Of a stretch of DNA of 32,176 nucleotides, positions 18,835-28,411 are shown one piece after another. The notes under the pieces are model-generated. The model ran no database searches. It was given only the letters and a program-made list of their open reading frames with translations, and was not told where the DNA came from. Where the stretch lies: NCBI GenBank assembly GCA_050239825.1, contig JBFXGO010000011.1, positions 1-32,176 on the forward strand, in the 5' to 3' direction. Source of the DNA: a bacterium (GTDB lineage: Bacteria > Hydrothermota > 32-111). Within the stretch, counting starts at the first letter, position 1. The number at the start of each line of letters is the position of its first letter. A program made the translations under genes and the position numbers.

Positions 18835-21377
18835 AAAAAATACTCATCGTTTTTGTCATTATCGTCATTGTTGCACTCATCCTCTCTGCGGTAATGCTCT
18901 ATATTATAAAGACCAAGCTCTCAACAGAAAACATAAACAGAATGGTCACTCAGACAGCGGAAAAGAGTGGGTATCAACTCTCTTTCAGCGGCTCTAAATA
19001 CAACCTTCGCCTGTTTTCGCTCTCTGCCGAGCTTGAAAATGTGAAAATAGAATCAGATGTTTTTACTCTCTCCTGCCGCAGAATAGTGATTGTTCTAAAT
19101 CCTTTTTTGGCGATTCAGAAAAAATTCGAGCTTAGCAATCTGGTTCTCGAGAATCCGATACTAACGATTCATAAATCGGACACTTTAAAAGAGAACAAAA
19201 ATTCAGGTAAATCATCGGATGCCCTTCTTACGACCAATCTGAGAATAGTGAATGGAGAGGTCATCTATGATACCCTCTCTTTAAATGAAATAAACGGGCA
19301 GATTTTTCTCGGGATAGATAAAAAGACGACATTCACCGGAAAAATATCTTTCCTTTCAAAAATAAGATATATGAATAATCTTAAAAAAATCTCTGTCAGC
19401 TTCAACGGGTCTTATGACGGCGAAATTGATATTGAGAGAGCATCGGTTGCGACAGATTATTTCAAGGCGGATGCTGCAGTTAACGAAAATAACGGCATCT
19501 TCAATTACTCTCTGCATGCTTATACCGATTCTTCGGATTTTTTCAGGAGAATGTTTTTAAAAACGGATTCCATCTCTCTTGAAGGAACTGCGGATCTCTT
19601 TGCGAGAGGAATGTATAATCCAAAAGATTTGATAGACTCCCAGATAAAAACAATCGTGGATTCATTTGAAATAAAATTCGGGGAGTTTGAAGTCAGGTAT
19701 AAAAAGCACACTGCAATTCTTGATGAAAATTCTTTTATAAACAAACAGGGCTCTTCAATAGTGGTCAGCACAAATTGGCTGCTGGACTCTCTGCCTTTAG
19801 AACTTATTGTAATTGCCGATTTTCCCCGGCTCGCTGAAAAAATCTTTGATGCGAGAGTGACGGTAAAGGGAGTACACCTGAAAAATATTACGGATTATAT
19901 AAAGGATTTTGATTACATGATAGACGGAAGAGCAGCATTGATAAGCAAATTCAATGTGTCTTTTTCAGACATGAAGGTTCTTGACTCATTGATTTCCAAG
20001 AGCAGTCATAAGGTCACCGTAGGAGAGGCTTTTTTAGAAAAAGACTCAACTCAGATTGAAATAAAATCTTTTATTGCGGAGATTAAAAACGGAAATCTGA
20101 AGGGATCGATGAATTTTAACGGAGAGGGTCTGAACGGAGGTATCTACTTTTCAGGCGACTATTTTAAGGGACTTTTAAATGCCAACACAATCTCAAAAAT
20201 CAATCTTTATGAGTTAAATAAGAATTTTGAAGGGGCAGGGGAGGTTGATGTTCTTTTCACTTATGATATAAAGAAAAAAGCACACTCACTGAAAGCAAAC
20301 GGGCTGATTCACAAATTTACTGAGAAAAACATAAATGACACTCTTGAGGTTTGTTTTACGGGATTCTCCTCCGATGATGTCGGTGAATTTTCCCTGGCAT
20401 CTTTATCCGTTTATGGCAATTATGTGGATGGAGTTTTCACAAACCTTTCTTTAAGAAAGAGCGGTAAAAAAGAGTTCATCAATGGAACCGCCGGATTTCG
20501 TTTATTAAATTATGATTCGCTCTTTGTTTCAAAAAAGAGCGAGAAGAAGGAAAAAAAAGAATCATCGCCTCCTTTGGTAGACAAAAAGTATGAAGGCGAA
20601 ATAAAGGCGGTTTGTGAAAGGATAATTTTCAAATCGGAGGATTTGAGAAATACAGAGATAACGATAAAAATAAAAGATGGGCAGATATTCGCCTATCCTC
20701 TTAAGACCGATTTAATGAAAGGCAGAGTAACCGGAAACATAGAGTATTATTCTTTTAACAACGGTCTGATAAAGTCAAAGGTCAGAAGTTCGCAGGTTGA
20801 TATAAACGAGTTTCTCACAAGAAATAAATTTGTTCCGTTTACAATAGGAGCAAAAGTCGACATGGAGAGCGACCTTGAATTCCTTCAACACAAAGTAAAA
20901 GAGAGTATAAGGGGAACTGTAAAGCTGGATGCGAAGGATGGATGGATCCTTATGCCTGACATAATATCTAATGTTTCAAAGGTTTTAAAACTCTCTCTTT
21001 CTGACACATTCTATTTTGACGATATGTACGGTGAGTTCGACATTGATTCGCAGAGGGTAAAGTTCGATGATTTCTTCATGGAGAAGAACGGACACTCTCT
21101 TAAATACAGCGGCAGGGTGGATTTTGCCAAGAACATGAAGCTGAAGGGCAGTTACATAATTGACATGCAGACCGCCGATATAGGCCTTCTTGAAAGAATA
21201 CTCAAAGCCGCAGAATATCCCTCCGATTCAATAACTGTTGAATTCGATGTAACCGGCACCTACTCTAATCCGAAAGTTTCGATACGGCGAAATTCCGTCG
21301 GTGAATATCTTAAGAATCAGACGAGTGAAACCGTAAATGGTATGCTGCAAGAGTTGAACAATCTCTTTAAATTCTAA
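18831..21377 (+). CDS. AsmA-family protein
   Basis: N-terminal TM anchor; LSNLVLENPILTI AsmA N-terminal motif; beta-rich body; C-terminal FDVTGTYSNPKV. Confidence 0.8.
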   Translation: MKKILIVFVIIVIVALILSAVMLYIIKTKLSTENINRMVTQTAEKSGYQLSFSGSKYNLRLFSLSAELENVKIESDVFTLSCRRIVIVLNPFLAIQKKFELSNLVLENPILTIHKSDTLKENKNSGKSSDALLTTNLRIVNGEVIYDTLSLNEINGQIFLGIDKKTTFTGKISFLSKIRYMNNLKKISVSFNGSYDGEIDIERASVATDYFKADAAVNENNGIFNYSLHAYTDSSDFFRRMFLKTDSISLEGTADLFARGMYNPKDLIDSQIKTIVDSFEIKFGEFEVRYKKHTAILDENSFINKQGSSIVVSTNWLLDSLPLELIVIADFPRLAEKIFDARVTVKGVHLKNITDYIKDFDYMIDGRAALISKFNVSFSDMKVLDSLISKSSHKVTVGEAFLEKDSTQIEIKSFIAEIKNGNLKGSMNFNGEGLNGGIYFSGDYFKGLLNANTISKINLYELNKNFEGAGEVDVLFTYDIKKKAHSLKANGLIHKFTEKNINDTLEVCFTGFSSDDVGEFSLASLSVYGNYVDGVFTNLSLRKSGKKEFINGTAGFRLLNYDSLFVSKKSEKKEKKESSPPLVDKKYEGEIKAVCERIIFKSEDLRNTEITIKIKDGQIFAYPLKTDLMKGRVTGNIEYYSFNNGLIKSKVRSSQVDINEFLTRNKFVPFTIGAKVDMESDLEFLQHKVKESIRGTVKLDAKDGWILMPDIISNVSKVLKLSLSDTFYFDDMYGEFDIDSQRVKFDDFFMEKNGHSLKYSGRVDFAKNMKLKGSYIIDMQTADIGLLERILKAAEYPSDSITVEFDVTGTYSNPKVSIRRNSVGEYLKNQTSETVNGMLQELNNLFKF

Positions 21378-22186
21378 TCAGTAAATATTTTTATCTGGCT
21401 TATATCCGAAGGAAGAATTTCAAAACCGTACTTTTCATGGTTAATCAGAATGCCGTTTATGAGAATCTCCCTGCCCTTGAAGTACATCGGATTTACTGAT
21501 TTCTTTTCAAGCTGTTTTACGAAACTCTCAAAGAAAACTATGGTCATAACAACCTTTCCACTCTTCATTTTTAAAAAGTAAGTCTCGGATTTCGGTGATT
21601 TAGACACATCGTTGACAAAACCCCTGATGAAGAGCTCCTTGTCAGTATACTTTTTCAACTCAAAAGCTATTGAATCAAAAAAGAGTGTATCGTCAACCTG
21701 TTCGAACAAATCGCTTTTTGATTTCAGCTTAGTGAAGTAAGAAATAGATGAATCTACTATCGTTTTTTCTTCAGATAGAATGCAAAAATCGTAGCCGAAA
21801 TATTTTTCATCCGAAAAAGGAAATGAACCTGCAAGAATTACTTTGCCGTCGGATATGAGCAATGATGAATTTATGGCGGCTTTGGTTTTAAGTGTGAAAA
21901 CCTCCGTTCCCTCAGCAAACAAACTCTTATGAAGGGAATATTTTTTTTCAAGAGAGGATGATGATACTATTACGCTCACCCTGACTCCTGATTTAGCTTT
22001 TTCATTCAGAATGGAAACCAATTCCTTGCCTGATGCGACTTCAGTCAGAAGCAGAATGGACTCATCCGAATTTTCGATTATCTCCTTCACCCGAGCGGTT
22101 ATTTCCTTTGATGTGAAGAGAATTTCATCGGCAGAAACAGCAAACGAAATCGCAAGTATGAAAAGAAGAACATATATTTTATTCAT
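21374..22186 (-). CDS. Secreted PLD/Nuc-like protein with a degenerate HKD motif plus a C-terminal OB-fold
   Basis: Signal peptide from MNKIY (ATG 22186). AKSGVRVSVIV motif. INSSLLISDGKVILAGSFPF stands in place of H.K....D......GS.N. OB-like IRGFV..YFL..TIVFF..GREILING..EI. Confidence 0.7.
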   Translation of the reverse strand: MNKIYVLLFILAISFAVSADEILFTSKEITARVKEIIENSDESILLLTEVASGKELVSILNEKAKSGVRVSVIVSSSSLEKKYSLHKSLFAEGTEVFTLKTKAAINSSLLISDGKVILAGSFPFSDEKYFGYDFCILSEEKTIVDSSISYFTKLKSKSDLFEQVDDTLFFDSIAFELKKYTDKELFIRGFVNDVSKSPKSETYFLKMKSGKVVMTIVFFESFVKQLEKKSVNPMYFKGREILINGILINHEKYGFEILPSDISQIKIFTD

Positions 22187-23564
22187 AAGGAAATATTTTA
22201 TCCGGGTTGAAGAGGTTTTTCGGGTCAAACAAGAGTTTTATTTTTTTCTGAATTTCAAGCTCCTCTTCTGTGAATACGAGATGCATGAATTTTTTCTTGT
22301 AAATCCCGATGCCATGTTCACCTGAGAGCTTGCCTCCGAGTGTGACTGCGGATTCAAGGATTTTTGCGTTTATCTCGTCAATGTTCTTGTCAAATGAAAT
22401 GCCGTTCTCTTTTCTCTTTATGATATTGATATGAACATTTCCGTCTCCCGCATGTCCGAATGCTATAATTGGAACATTGAATTTTGTTTCAAGGGAATGA
22501 ATCTCTGAAATGAGTTTTGGAAGCATGCTGATCGGCACAACCACATCCTCTCTCTCTCTCTTTACTGACATTTCAACCATTGCGTCATGCAGCGACCGTC
22601 TTGCCTTCCAGAGTTTTTCCTGCTGAATCGGATTCTCGGCAATGAGTATTTCATGCTTTGTCAGATGTTTGACCAGATCTGATGCTATGAGCATCCTCTC
22701 GTCAATCTCGCCTTTGCTGTCTCCGTCAAGACGCATCAAAAGATGCGCATCTCCGTTTTGAGTGGGCATTTCATTTCCCAGGAATCTCTTTGCGGCGTCA
22801 ATCGCGCGTTTCTCCATAAACTCGACAGTTGAAGGTTTTATTTCGCTTTTCATTATTTCAATCACGGCGCAGACAGCTTCATCAATGGAGTCGAATGCAA
22901 TAAGCATATCGCATCTGTATTTTGGAAGAGGAATAAGAGACAAAGTTATTTTTGTTATCATACCCAATGTGCCCTCTGATCCTATGAAGAGGTCCTTCAT
23001 GTTGTATCCGGTGGCGTCTTTTTTTATTTTACCCCCGAAATGCATTACAGAACCGTTTGGAGTGACGATCTCAAGCCCCCTGACATAATCGCGCGTTGTC
23101 CCGTACCTGACTGCAGACGGGCCACCTGAGGATTCAGCGACATTGCCTCCTATTGAGCAGGAATCAAGAGATGCAGGGTCGGGCGGATAGTATAGTCCCG
23201 ATTCCTCAACCTTTCTCTGTAGAATTCCTGTTATTACTCCCGGCTCAGTGACAACCATCATATTGTCTTTGTCGATTTCTATGATGTTGTTCATAAGTTC
23301 GGTTGATATAATCACCGAAGGTCTTACCGGAACTGAACCTCCCGATAGGCCTGTGCCCAATCCCCGCGGGACAATGACAATGTCATTTTCATATGCGGCT
23401 TTCAGCAGAGACGAAACCTCAGACGCAGTTTTGGGAAGCAGTGCCAGAAGTGGATAAGAAAATTTCAAAAGAGATTCGTCCGACCTGTATTTTTCAAGAA
23501 GGTCATTCTTTGAAATAATTCTGTCGGAAGGAATCAGTTTGGAAAAAACATCTTTTAAATCCAT
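22179..23564 (-). CDS. FAD-linked 2-hydroxyacid oxidoreductase (GlcD/D-lactate dehydrogenase LctD family)
   Basis: PRGLGTGLSGG, YPPDPAS..SIGGNVA, GSEGTLG, GHAGDGNVH and SGEHGIG motifs. Confidence 0.93.
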   Translation of the reverse strand: MDLKDVFSKLIPSDRIISKNDLLEKYRSDESLLKFSYPLLALLPKTASEVSSLLKAAYENDIVIVPRGLGTGLSGGSVPVRPSVIISTELMNNIIEIDKDNMMVVTEPGVITGILQRKVEESGLYYPPDPASLDSCSIGGNVAESSGGPSAVRYGTTRDYVRGLEIVTPNGSVMHFGGKIKKDATGYNMKDLFIGSEGTLGMITKITLSLIPLPKYRCDMLIAFDSIDEAVCAVIEIMKSEIKPSTVEFMEKRAIDAAKRFLGNEMPTQNGDAHLLMRLDGDSKGEIDERMLIASDLVKHLTKHEILIAENPIQQEKLWKARRSLHDAMVEMSVKREREDVVVPISMLPKLISEIHSLETKFNVPIIAFGHAGDGNVHINIIKRKENGISFDKNIDEINAKILESAVTLGGKLSGEHGIGIYKKKFMHLVFTEEELEIQKKIKLLFDPKNLFNPDKIFPYE

Positions 23565-23570
23565 TTCCTG

Positions 23571-23599
23571 ATGTTATCTTTTTAAGGGAGAAATGTCAA
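23571..23599 (-). promoter_or_regulatory. Promoter of the FAD oxidoreductase gene (likely leaderless)
   Basis: TTGACA-17 bp-TAACAT, with 6 nt before the ATG. Confidence 0.6.
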
Positions 23600-23660
23600 G
23601 ACCCGAAGTGCTATTGATTTTTAAATCTCAGGTGTTATTATAATCAAAAAGGAGCACACG

Positions 23661-24797
23661 ATGAACAATTTCATATTCTATAATCCGGTAAGAATCATTT
23701 TCGGAAAAGGCAAGATAAATCAAACCGGTTCTGAGGCGGCCAGACTTGGCGGCAGATGCTTGATTGTAATCGGAAGAGAAAGCGTCAGAAAAAACGGGAT
23801 TCTGGACAAATGCATAGATATGCTCGAAACTGCCGGAATCTCCTATTCGCTTCTCGACAATGTGCAACCGAATCCGCGTATAGAGAGAGTTTACGAGGGA
23901 ATAAGGATTGCCCGTAAGATCAAGGCCGATTTCATTCTTGCAGTTGGAGGAGGGAGCGTTATAGACACTGCAAAGGCAATAGCCGCAGGATTTTGCTATG
24001 AGGGAGATACATGGGATTTTTATACCATGAAGGCGGAAGTCATTAAAGCTCTTCCACTGATGGTTGTATTGACTGTCGCTGCAACAGGAAGCGAGATGAA
24101 TTCTATTTCAGTTATGCAGAATGACTCTACAAGACAGAAAATACGCGCGCAGGGCCACCCTATGTTTCCGACAGTCTCCATTCTTGACCCTGAACTGACA
24201 AGAACTATTCCAAAGGATTACACCGCATATGCTTCGGCTGATATATTGTCCCATGTCCTTGAAGGTTACTTCACAAGCGATGATGAAAATACCCCTCTTC
24301 AGGACGGTTTTACTGAATCAATAGTCAAATCAGTGATAAGTGAAACGAGAAAGCTTATGAATGACCCGAAGGACATTGAAGCCCGTTCGACCATAATGTG
24401 GGCTTCATCTCTCGCTCTAAGCGGCGTGACAACGGCAGGTATCGGGAGATTTAAATTTGAAAACCATCTGATAGAGCATTCTCTTAGTGCATTTCACGAT
24501 ATACCCCACGGAGCGGGATTGTCGATTGTAATGCCTGCCTGGATGAAGGAAAACAAAGAGGCGCTCAAACCGAAATTTGAAAAGTTCGCAAGAAATGTAT
24601 TCAACCGCTCAACTGCAGAAATGGGAATCGAGAAGCTTGAGGATTTCTTCAGGGAGATAAACTCTCCGACATCTCTCTCATTTTACAGCATTGAAAATAT
24701 AAAAGAGCTTACAGACAACATACTTGAATGCGCTCCCACAAGGAACCTTGTCATGGACCGCGGATATGTGGAGAGAATACTGGAAAAAGCAAAATGA
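23661..24797 (+). CDS. Iron-containing alcohol dehydrogenase (BdhA/YqhD butanol dehydrogenase type)
   Basis: FYNPVRIIFGKG, AVGGGSVIDTAK, ATGSEMN and HLIEHSLSAFHDIPHGAGL motifs; SD AAGGAG. Confidence 0.95.
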   Translation: MNNFIFYNPVRIIFGKGKINQTGSEAARLGGRCLIVIGRESVRKNGILDKCIDMLETAGISYSLLDNVQPNPRIERVYEGIRIARKIKADFILAVGGGSVIDTAKAIAAGFCYEGDTWDFYTMKAEVIKALPLMVVLTVAATGSEMNSISVMQNDSTRQKIRAQGHPMFPTVSILDPELTRTIPKDYTAYASADILSHVLEGYFTSDDENTPLQDGFTESIVKSVISETRKLMNDPKDIEARSTIMWASSLALSGVTTAGIGRFKFENHLIEHSLSAFHDIPHGAGLSIVMPAWMKENKEALKPKFEKFARNVFNRSTAEMGIEKLEDFFREINSPTSLSFYSIENIKELTDNILECAPTRNLVMDRGYVERILEKAK

Positions 24798-24823
24798 CGG
24801 CAAAGCACTTATGAACAGGCTGG

Positions 24824-24845
24824 TTCTCTCCATAGAGAATTTTTT
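24824..24845 (+). terminator. Weak possible terminator after the ADH gene
   Basis: TTCTCT-CCAT-AGAGAA-TTTTTT; AT-rich stem. Confidence 0.3.
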
Positions 24846-24903
24846 GAAAGAACAAAACCTGTGAAATTCAAGAGAATGTATGAAGTTTTGTAGAGTTAAA
24901 CTA

Positions 24904-24931
24904 TTGACACAAACAAATAATCTTGTAAAAT
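24904..24931 (+). promoter_or_regulatory. Promoter of the mutase operon
   Basis: TTGACA-16 bp-TAAAAT. Confidence 0.65.
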
Positions 24932-24965
24932 ATAAATCTTATTAATTATAAAAAGGATGGATTGT

Positions 24966-26537
24966 ATGGATGATAAAACGAAAAAGAATCCTTCAGGCAT
25001 TGAACTGAAAAGTTTTTATACGGAGGATGATGCTAAAGAGATAGCCAAGCTTGGAAATCCCGGATCATTTCCATTCACAAGGGGAGTATATCCGACCATG
25101 TACAGGGGAAGGCCGTGGACGATGAGGCAGTACGCTGGTTTCGGAACTGCTGAAGAGACAAATGAAAGGTTCAAATATCTGCTTGAAAACGGGCAGACAG
25201 GGCTTTCTGTGGCATTTGACCTGCCAACTCAGCTTGGACTTGATTCTGATGACAAGCTTGCGGCGGGAGAGGTCGGAAAGGTTGGAGTGGCTGTTTCATC
25301 AGTATCGGATATGATGCAGCTTTTTGACGGCATTCCACTCTCTAAGGTATCGACTTCCATGACCATTAACGCTTCCTCCATGATAATTCTCGCTATGTAT
25401 ATTGTGACTGCAAAAAAGCAGGGAGTTCCGATGAAGGATCTGTCAGGCACCATACAGAATGACATACTGAAAGAATACACAGCAAGAGGAAATTATATAT
25501 TCCCTCCGGAGCCGTCCATGAGGCTCACAGCTGATATTTTTGAATTCTGCTCCCAAAACCTTCCGAAATGGAATACTATCTCCATTTCCGGATATCATAT
25601 ACGAGAGGCCGGATCTACGGCGGTGCAGGAGCTTGCATTTACCTTTGCCGATGCTATTGCATATGTGGAATATGCTCTCAAGAAAGGTCTTGATATAGAT
25701 GCTTTTTCTCCCAGACTCTCATTTTTCTTTAATGCTCACAACAACTTTTTTGAAGAGATAGCCAAATTTAGGGCGGCGAGGAGAATATGGGCTTACATAA
25801 TGAAGGAAAAATTTCATGCGAAAGACGAAAAATCAATGATGCTGAGATTTCACACTCAGACGGCCGGCTCCATGCTTACAGCTCAACAGCCTCAAAACAA
25901 TATTGTAAGAGTGGCGCTTCAGGCATTATCGGCTGTTTTGGGCGGAACACAATCGCTTCACACAAATTCGTACGATGAAGCATTGGCGCTTCCTACAGAG
26001 GAATCTGTCAGGATAGCTCTCCGCACCCAACAGATAATTGCCTTTGAGTCGGGAATCTGCGATGTTTCCGACCCATTGGGCGGATCATACTATATAGAAA
26101 GCCTTACCGGAGAGATTGAAAAACATGTAAAGGAATACCTGGATAAAATAGAAAAGCTCGGAGGAGCTGTGAAGTGCGTTGAAACAGGATACTTCAAAAA
26201 TGAGATACATAATGCCGCATATCAATATCAGAAAGATGTTGAGAGCGGCCGCAATATTGTGGTAGGTCTCAATAAATTCACTATAGATGAAACTGTCAAG
26301 CCGAATCTGATGAAAATTGATTCTTCGGTTGAAAAGAAGAGAGCAGAAAAACTCTCCTCAATAAGGTCTTCAAGAGACAAAAAGAAGGTGGATGCGATTC
26401 TTACGAAGATAACTGCGGCATGCTCCACAAACGAAAATCTCTTTCCGTTGATACTTGAAGCAGTGGAGGCAGATGTCACCATGGGGGAAATCATAAATAT
26501 TATGAAATCAAAATGGGGGGTATTTGACAATGATTAA
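24966..26537 (+). CDS. Methylmalonyl-CoA mutase, substrate-binding large subunit (split type, no B12-binding domain)
   Basis: [42 protein letters not shown] and [11 protein letters not shown] motifs; no DxHxxG. ATG 24966 is better spaced from AAGGA than ATG 24957. Confidence 0.95.
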   Translation: MDDKTKKNPSGIELKSFYTEDDAKEIAKLGNPGSFPFTRGVYPTMYRGRPWTMRQYAGFGTAEETNERFKYLLENGQTGLSVAFDLPTQLGLDSDDKLAAGEVGKVGVAVSSVSDMMQLFDGIPLSKVSTSMTINASSMIILAMYIVTAKKQGVPMKDLSGTIQNDILKEYTARGNYIFPPEPSMRLTADIFEFCSQNLPKWNTISISGYHIREAGSTAVQELAFTFADAIAYVEYALKKGLDIDAFSPRLSFFFNAHNNFFEEIAKFRAARRIWAYIMKEKFHAKDEKSMMLRFHTQTAGSMLTAQQPQNNIVRVALQALSAVLGGTQSLHTNSYDEALALPTEESVRIALRTQQIIAFESGICDVSDPLGGSYYIESLTGEIEKHVKEYLDKIEKLGGAVKCVETGYFKNEIHNAAYQYQKDVESGRNIVVGLNKFTIDETVKPNLMKIDSSVEKKRAEKLSSIRSSRDKKKVDAILTKITAACSTNENLFPLILEAVEADVTMGEIINIMKSKWGVFDND

Positions 26538-26943
26538 GAAATTTAATCACATTGCGATTGCAGTAAGCAATCTTGAAGCAAGCACTGCGGTTTTTGAAAA
26601 AATTTTCAATAAAAAACCTGACATGACGATTGATGTTCCCGAGCAGAAAGTCAAGGTAGCCATGTTTGACATCGGCGGAGTCTTGTTTGAGATACTTCAG
26701 CCGACGGATATGGACACACCTGTCGCTCAGTTTGTTGACAATCGCGGAAATGCGCTTCACCACATATCCTTTTCAGTAGATGACATACAGAAGACAATTG
26801 AAGAGTTCACAGAAAAGAACTTCAGGATGATAGATTCTAAACCAAGGATGGGGGCAGAAGGCAAACCCATCGCATTCATGCATCCGAAATCATCGGATGG
26901 AATCCTTGTTGAATTCGTTGAAGACAAAGAGGAGCTAAAATGA
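26530..26943 (+). CDS. mce: Methylmalonyl-CoA epimerase (VOC fold)
   Basis: [24 protein letters not shown] and [16 protein letters not shown] motifs; adjacent to the mutase. Confidence 0.93.
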   Translation: MIKKFNHIAIAVSNLEASTAVFEKIFNKKPDMTIDVPEQKVKVAMFDIGGVLFEILQPTDMDTPVAQFVDNRGNALHHISFSVDDIQKTIEEFTEKNFRMIDSKPRMGAEGKPIAFMHPKSSDGILVEFVEDKEELK

Positions 26944-27842
26944 GCAAATTCAAAATTTTTGAGGAAAAACTGAAAGAGAGAAATATCAAAGCAAGAGTGG
27001 CGGTAGTAAACGCGGTAATCGAATCCGCAGTCGATGCAGCAATTGAGGCGGCTGAGAAGGGTTTTGCAGTTCCCCTATTCATAGGAGACAAGGCAAAAGT
27101 TGAGGAACTGCTGGGAAACCGCAAAAATAAATTTGAATATGAGATATTTGACTCCAAGAGTGAAGCTGAAAGCGGTCAGAAAGCCGTTGAGCTGGTTAAA
27201 GAGGGAAAAGCTGACATTATACTGAAGGGCTCCATAACTACATCAAATTTTATGAAGCCGATTTTAAACAAAGAGACGGGCATTGTTAAACCGGGTTCTC
27301 TTGTTTCGCACATATCGGTCTTTTCAATGGATACCTATCATAAGTTTTTGATTGTTTCCGATGTTGCAATAAACATAACCCCAACACTTGAGGAGAAGGT
27401 GAAGATAGTCAAAAATGCAGTCGAGCTGGCAAGAAGTCTTGATATAAAATCTCCCAAAGTCGCAATGCTTGCCGCAGCAGAGACCGTGAATATGAAAATG
27501 CCCTCTTCAATTGATGCCGCTATTATTTCCAAAATGGGAGACAGGGGCGAATTTAATGATGCTATTGTGGAAGGTCCTATGGCTCTTGATTTGGCAGTAT
27601 CGAAAGATGCATGCGAAGAAAAAAATTTTCATTCACCTGTCGGTGCAAACGCAGACATAGTTATTGCGCCCGACATTGATGCGGGCAATGTGTTGTACAA
27701 ATCCCTGACAAAGCTTGCCAAAGCAGATCTTGCCGCGATATTGTCCGGTACCAAGGCTCCCGTTGTCCTCACTTCAAGAGGGGATACTGCTGAGATCAAA
27801 TATTGGTCTCTTCTTTTAGCGCTTCTCTCTTACAAAAAATGA
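26940..27842 (+). CDS. ptb: Phosphate butyryltransferase / branched-chain phosphotransacylase
   Basis: ADIILKG, DVAINITP, EGPMALDLAVS, PDIDAGNVLYK and PVVLTSRGD motifs. Confidence 0.9.
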   Translation: MSKFKIFEEKLKERNIKARVAVVNAVIESAVDAAIEAAEKGFAVPLFIGDKAKVEELLGNRKNKFEYEIFDSKSEAESGQKAVELVKEGKADIILKGSITTSNFMKPILNKETGIVKPGSLVSHISVFSMDTYHKFLIVSDVAINITPTLEEKVKIVKNAVELARSLDIKSPKVAMLAAAETVNMKMPSSIDAAIISKMGDRGEFNDAIVEGPMALDLAVSKDACEEKNFHSPVGANADIVIAPDIDAGNVLYKSLTKLAKADLAAILSGTKAPVVLTSRGDTAEIKYWSLLLALLSYKK

Positions 27843-28282
27843 TAAGAGTTTCAATAGCTTCTGACCATAAAGGATTTGTTCTCAAGGAGAAGATAAAAAA
27901 ATGTCTGCCTGATAAGCTGTCTTTCATAGACAGAGGAGCATTCTCGGAAGAGAGTGTTGATTATCCTGATTATGCCGCGCTTGTTGCGGATGATGTCATT
28001 CGGAAGGTTTGTGATTTCGGAATTCTTATATGTGAGTCAGGAATCGGAATGTCGATTGCGGCAAACAAACACAAGGGCATCTTCGCCGCCTATGTTATTG
28101 ATGAAAAAAGAGCTTCGAGCTCGCGTCGGCATAATAATGCAAATGTGCTTGTTCTCGGCTCTGCGGTCATAAATCATGAGAGCGCATGCAGAATTGTTGA
28201 GATATTCGCCGATGAAAAATTTGAAGGCGGGAGACACCTGAAGAGAACAAACAAAGTGTGTAGAGTTGAAGAAGTTCATTGA
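27839..28282 (+). CDS. rpiB: Ribose-5-phosphate isomerase B
   Basis: ASDHKG, SVDYPD, GILICESGIGMSIAANK, RRHNNANVL and FEGGRH motifs; ATGA overlap with ptb. Confidence 0.95.
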   Translation: MIRVSIASDHKGFVLKEKIKKCLPDKLSFIDRGAFSEESVDYPDYAALVADDVIRKVCDFGILICESGIGMSIAANKHKGIFAAYVIDEKRASSSRRHNNANVLVLGSAVINHESACRIVEIFADEKFEGGRHLKRTNKVCRVEEVH

Positions 28283-28306
28283 CTTATTGTCAAAAAGGTA
28301 TATTAT
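28279..28306 (+). promoter_or_regulatory. Promoter of the tRNA-Ala unit
   Basis: TTGACT-16 bp-TATTAT, overlapping the rpiB stop codon. Confidence 0.55.
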
Positions 28307-28319
28307 TAAAGGTTACAAT

Positions 28320-28392
28320 GGGGCTATAGCGCAGTTGGGAGCGCGTTTGACTGGCAGTCAAAAGGTCACGGGTTCGACCCCCGTTAGCTCCA
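28320..28392 (+). tRNA. tRNA-Ala (anticodon GGC), CCA not encoded
   Basis: Acceptor stem GGGGCTA/TAGCTCC+A with G3:U70; anticodon arm TTTGA-CTGGCAG-TCAAA; T loop TTCGA. Confidence 0.96.
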
Positions 28393-28411
28393 TATTAAAA
28401 CAGGAGGATTG

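Noticed and set aside
15067..22186. Cyclic-nucleotide antiphage system (cyclase plus PLD effector)
   Set aside because: The PLD gene is on the opposite strand in another operon, is secreted and lacks catalytic residues, and no CNBD/SAVED/CARF receptor is present.
24798..24956. Cobalamin or c-di-GMP riboswitch upstream of the mutase
   Set aside because: No B12 box or GEMM consensus, and the promoter at 24904-24931 lies downstream of the structured part, leaving a short leader.
14977..28392. Genomic island or prophage integrated at either tRNA
   Set aside because: No integrase, no duplicated tRNA 3' end was noticed, and the flanking genes look chromosomal.
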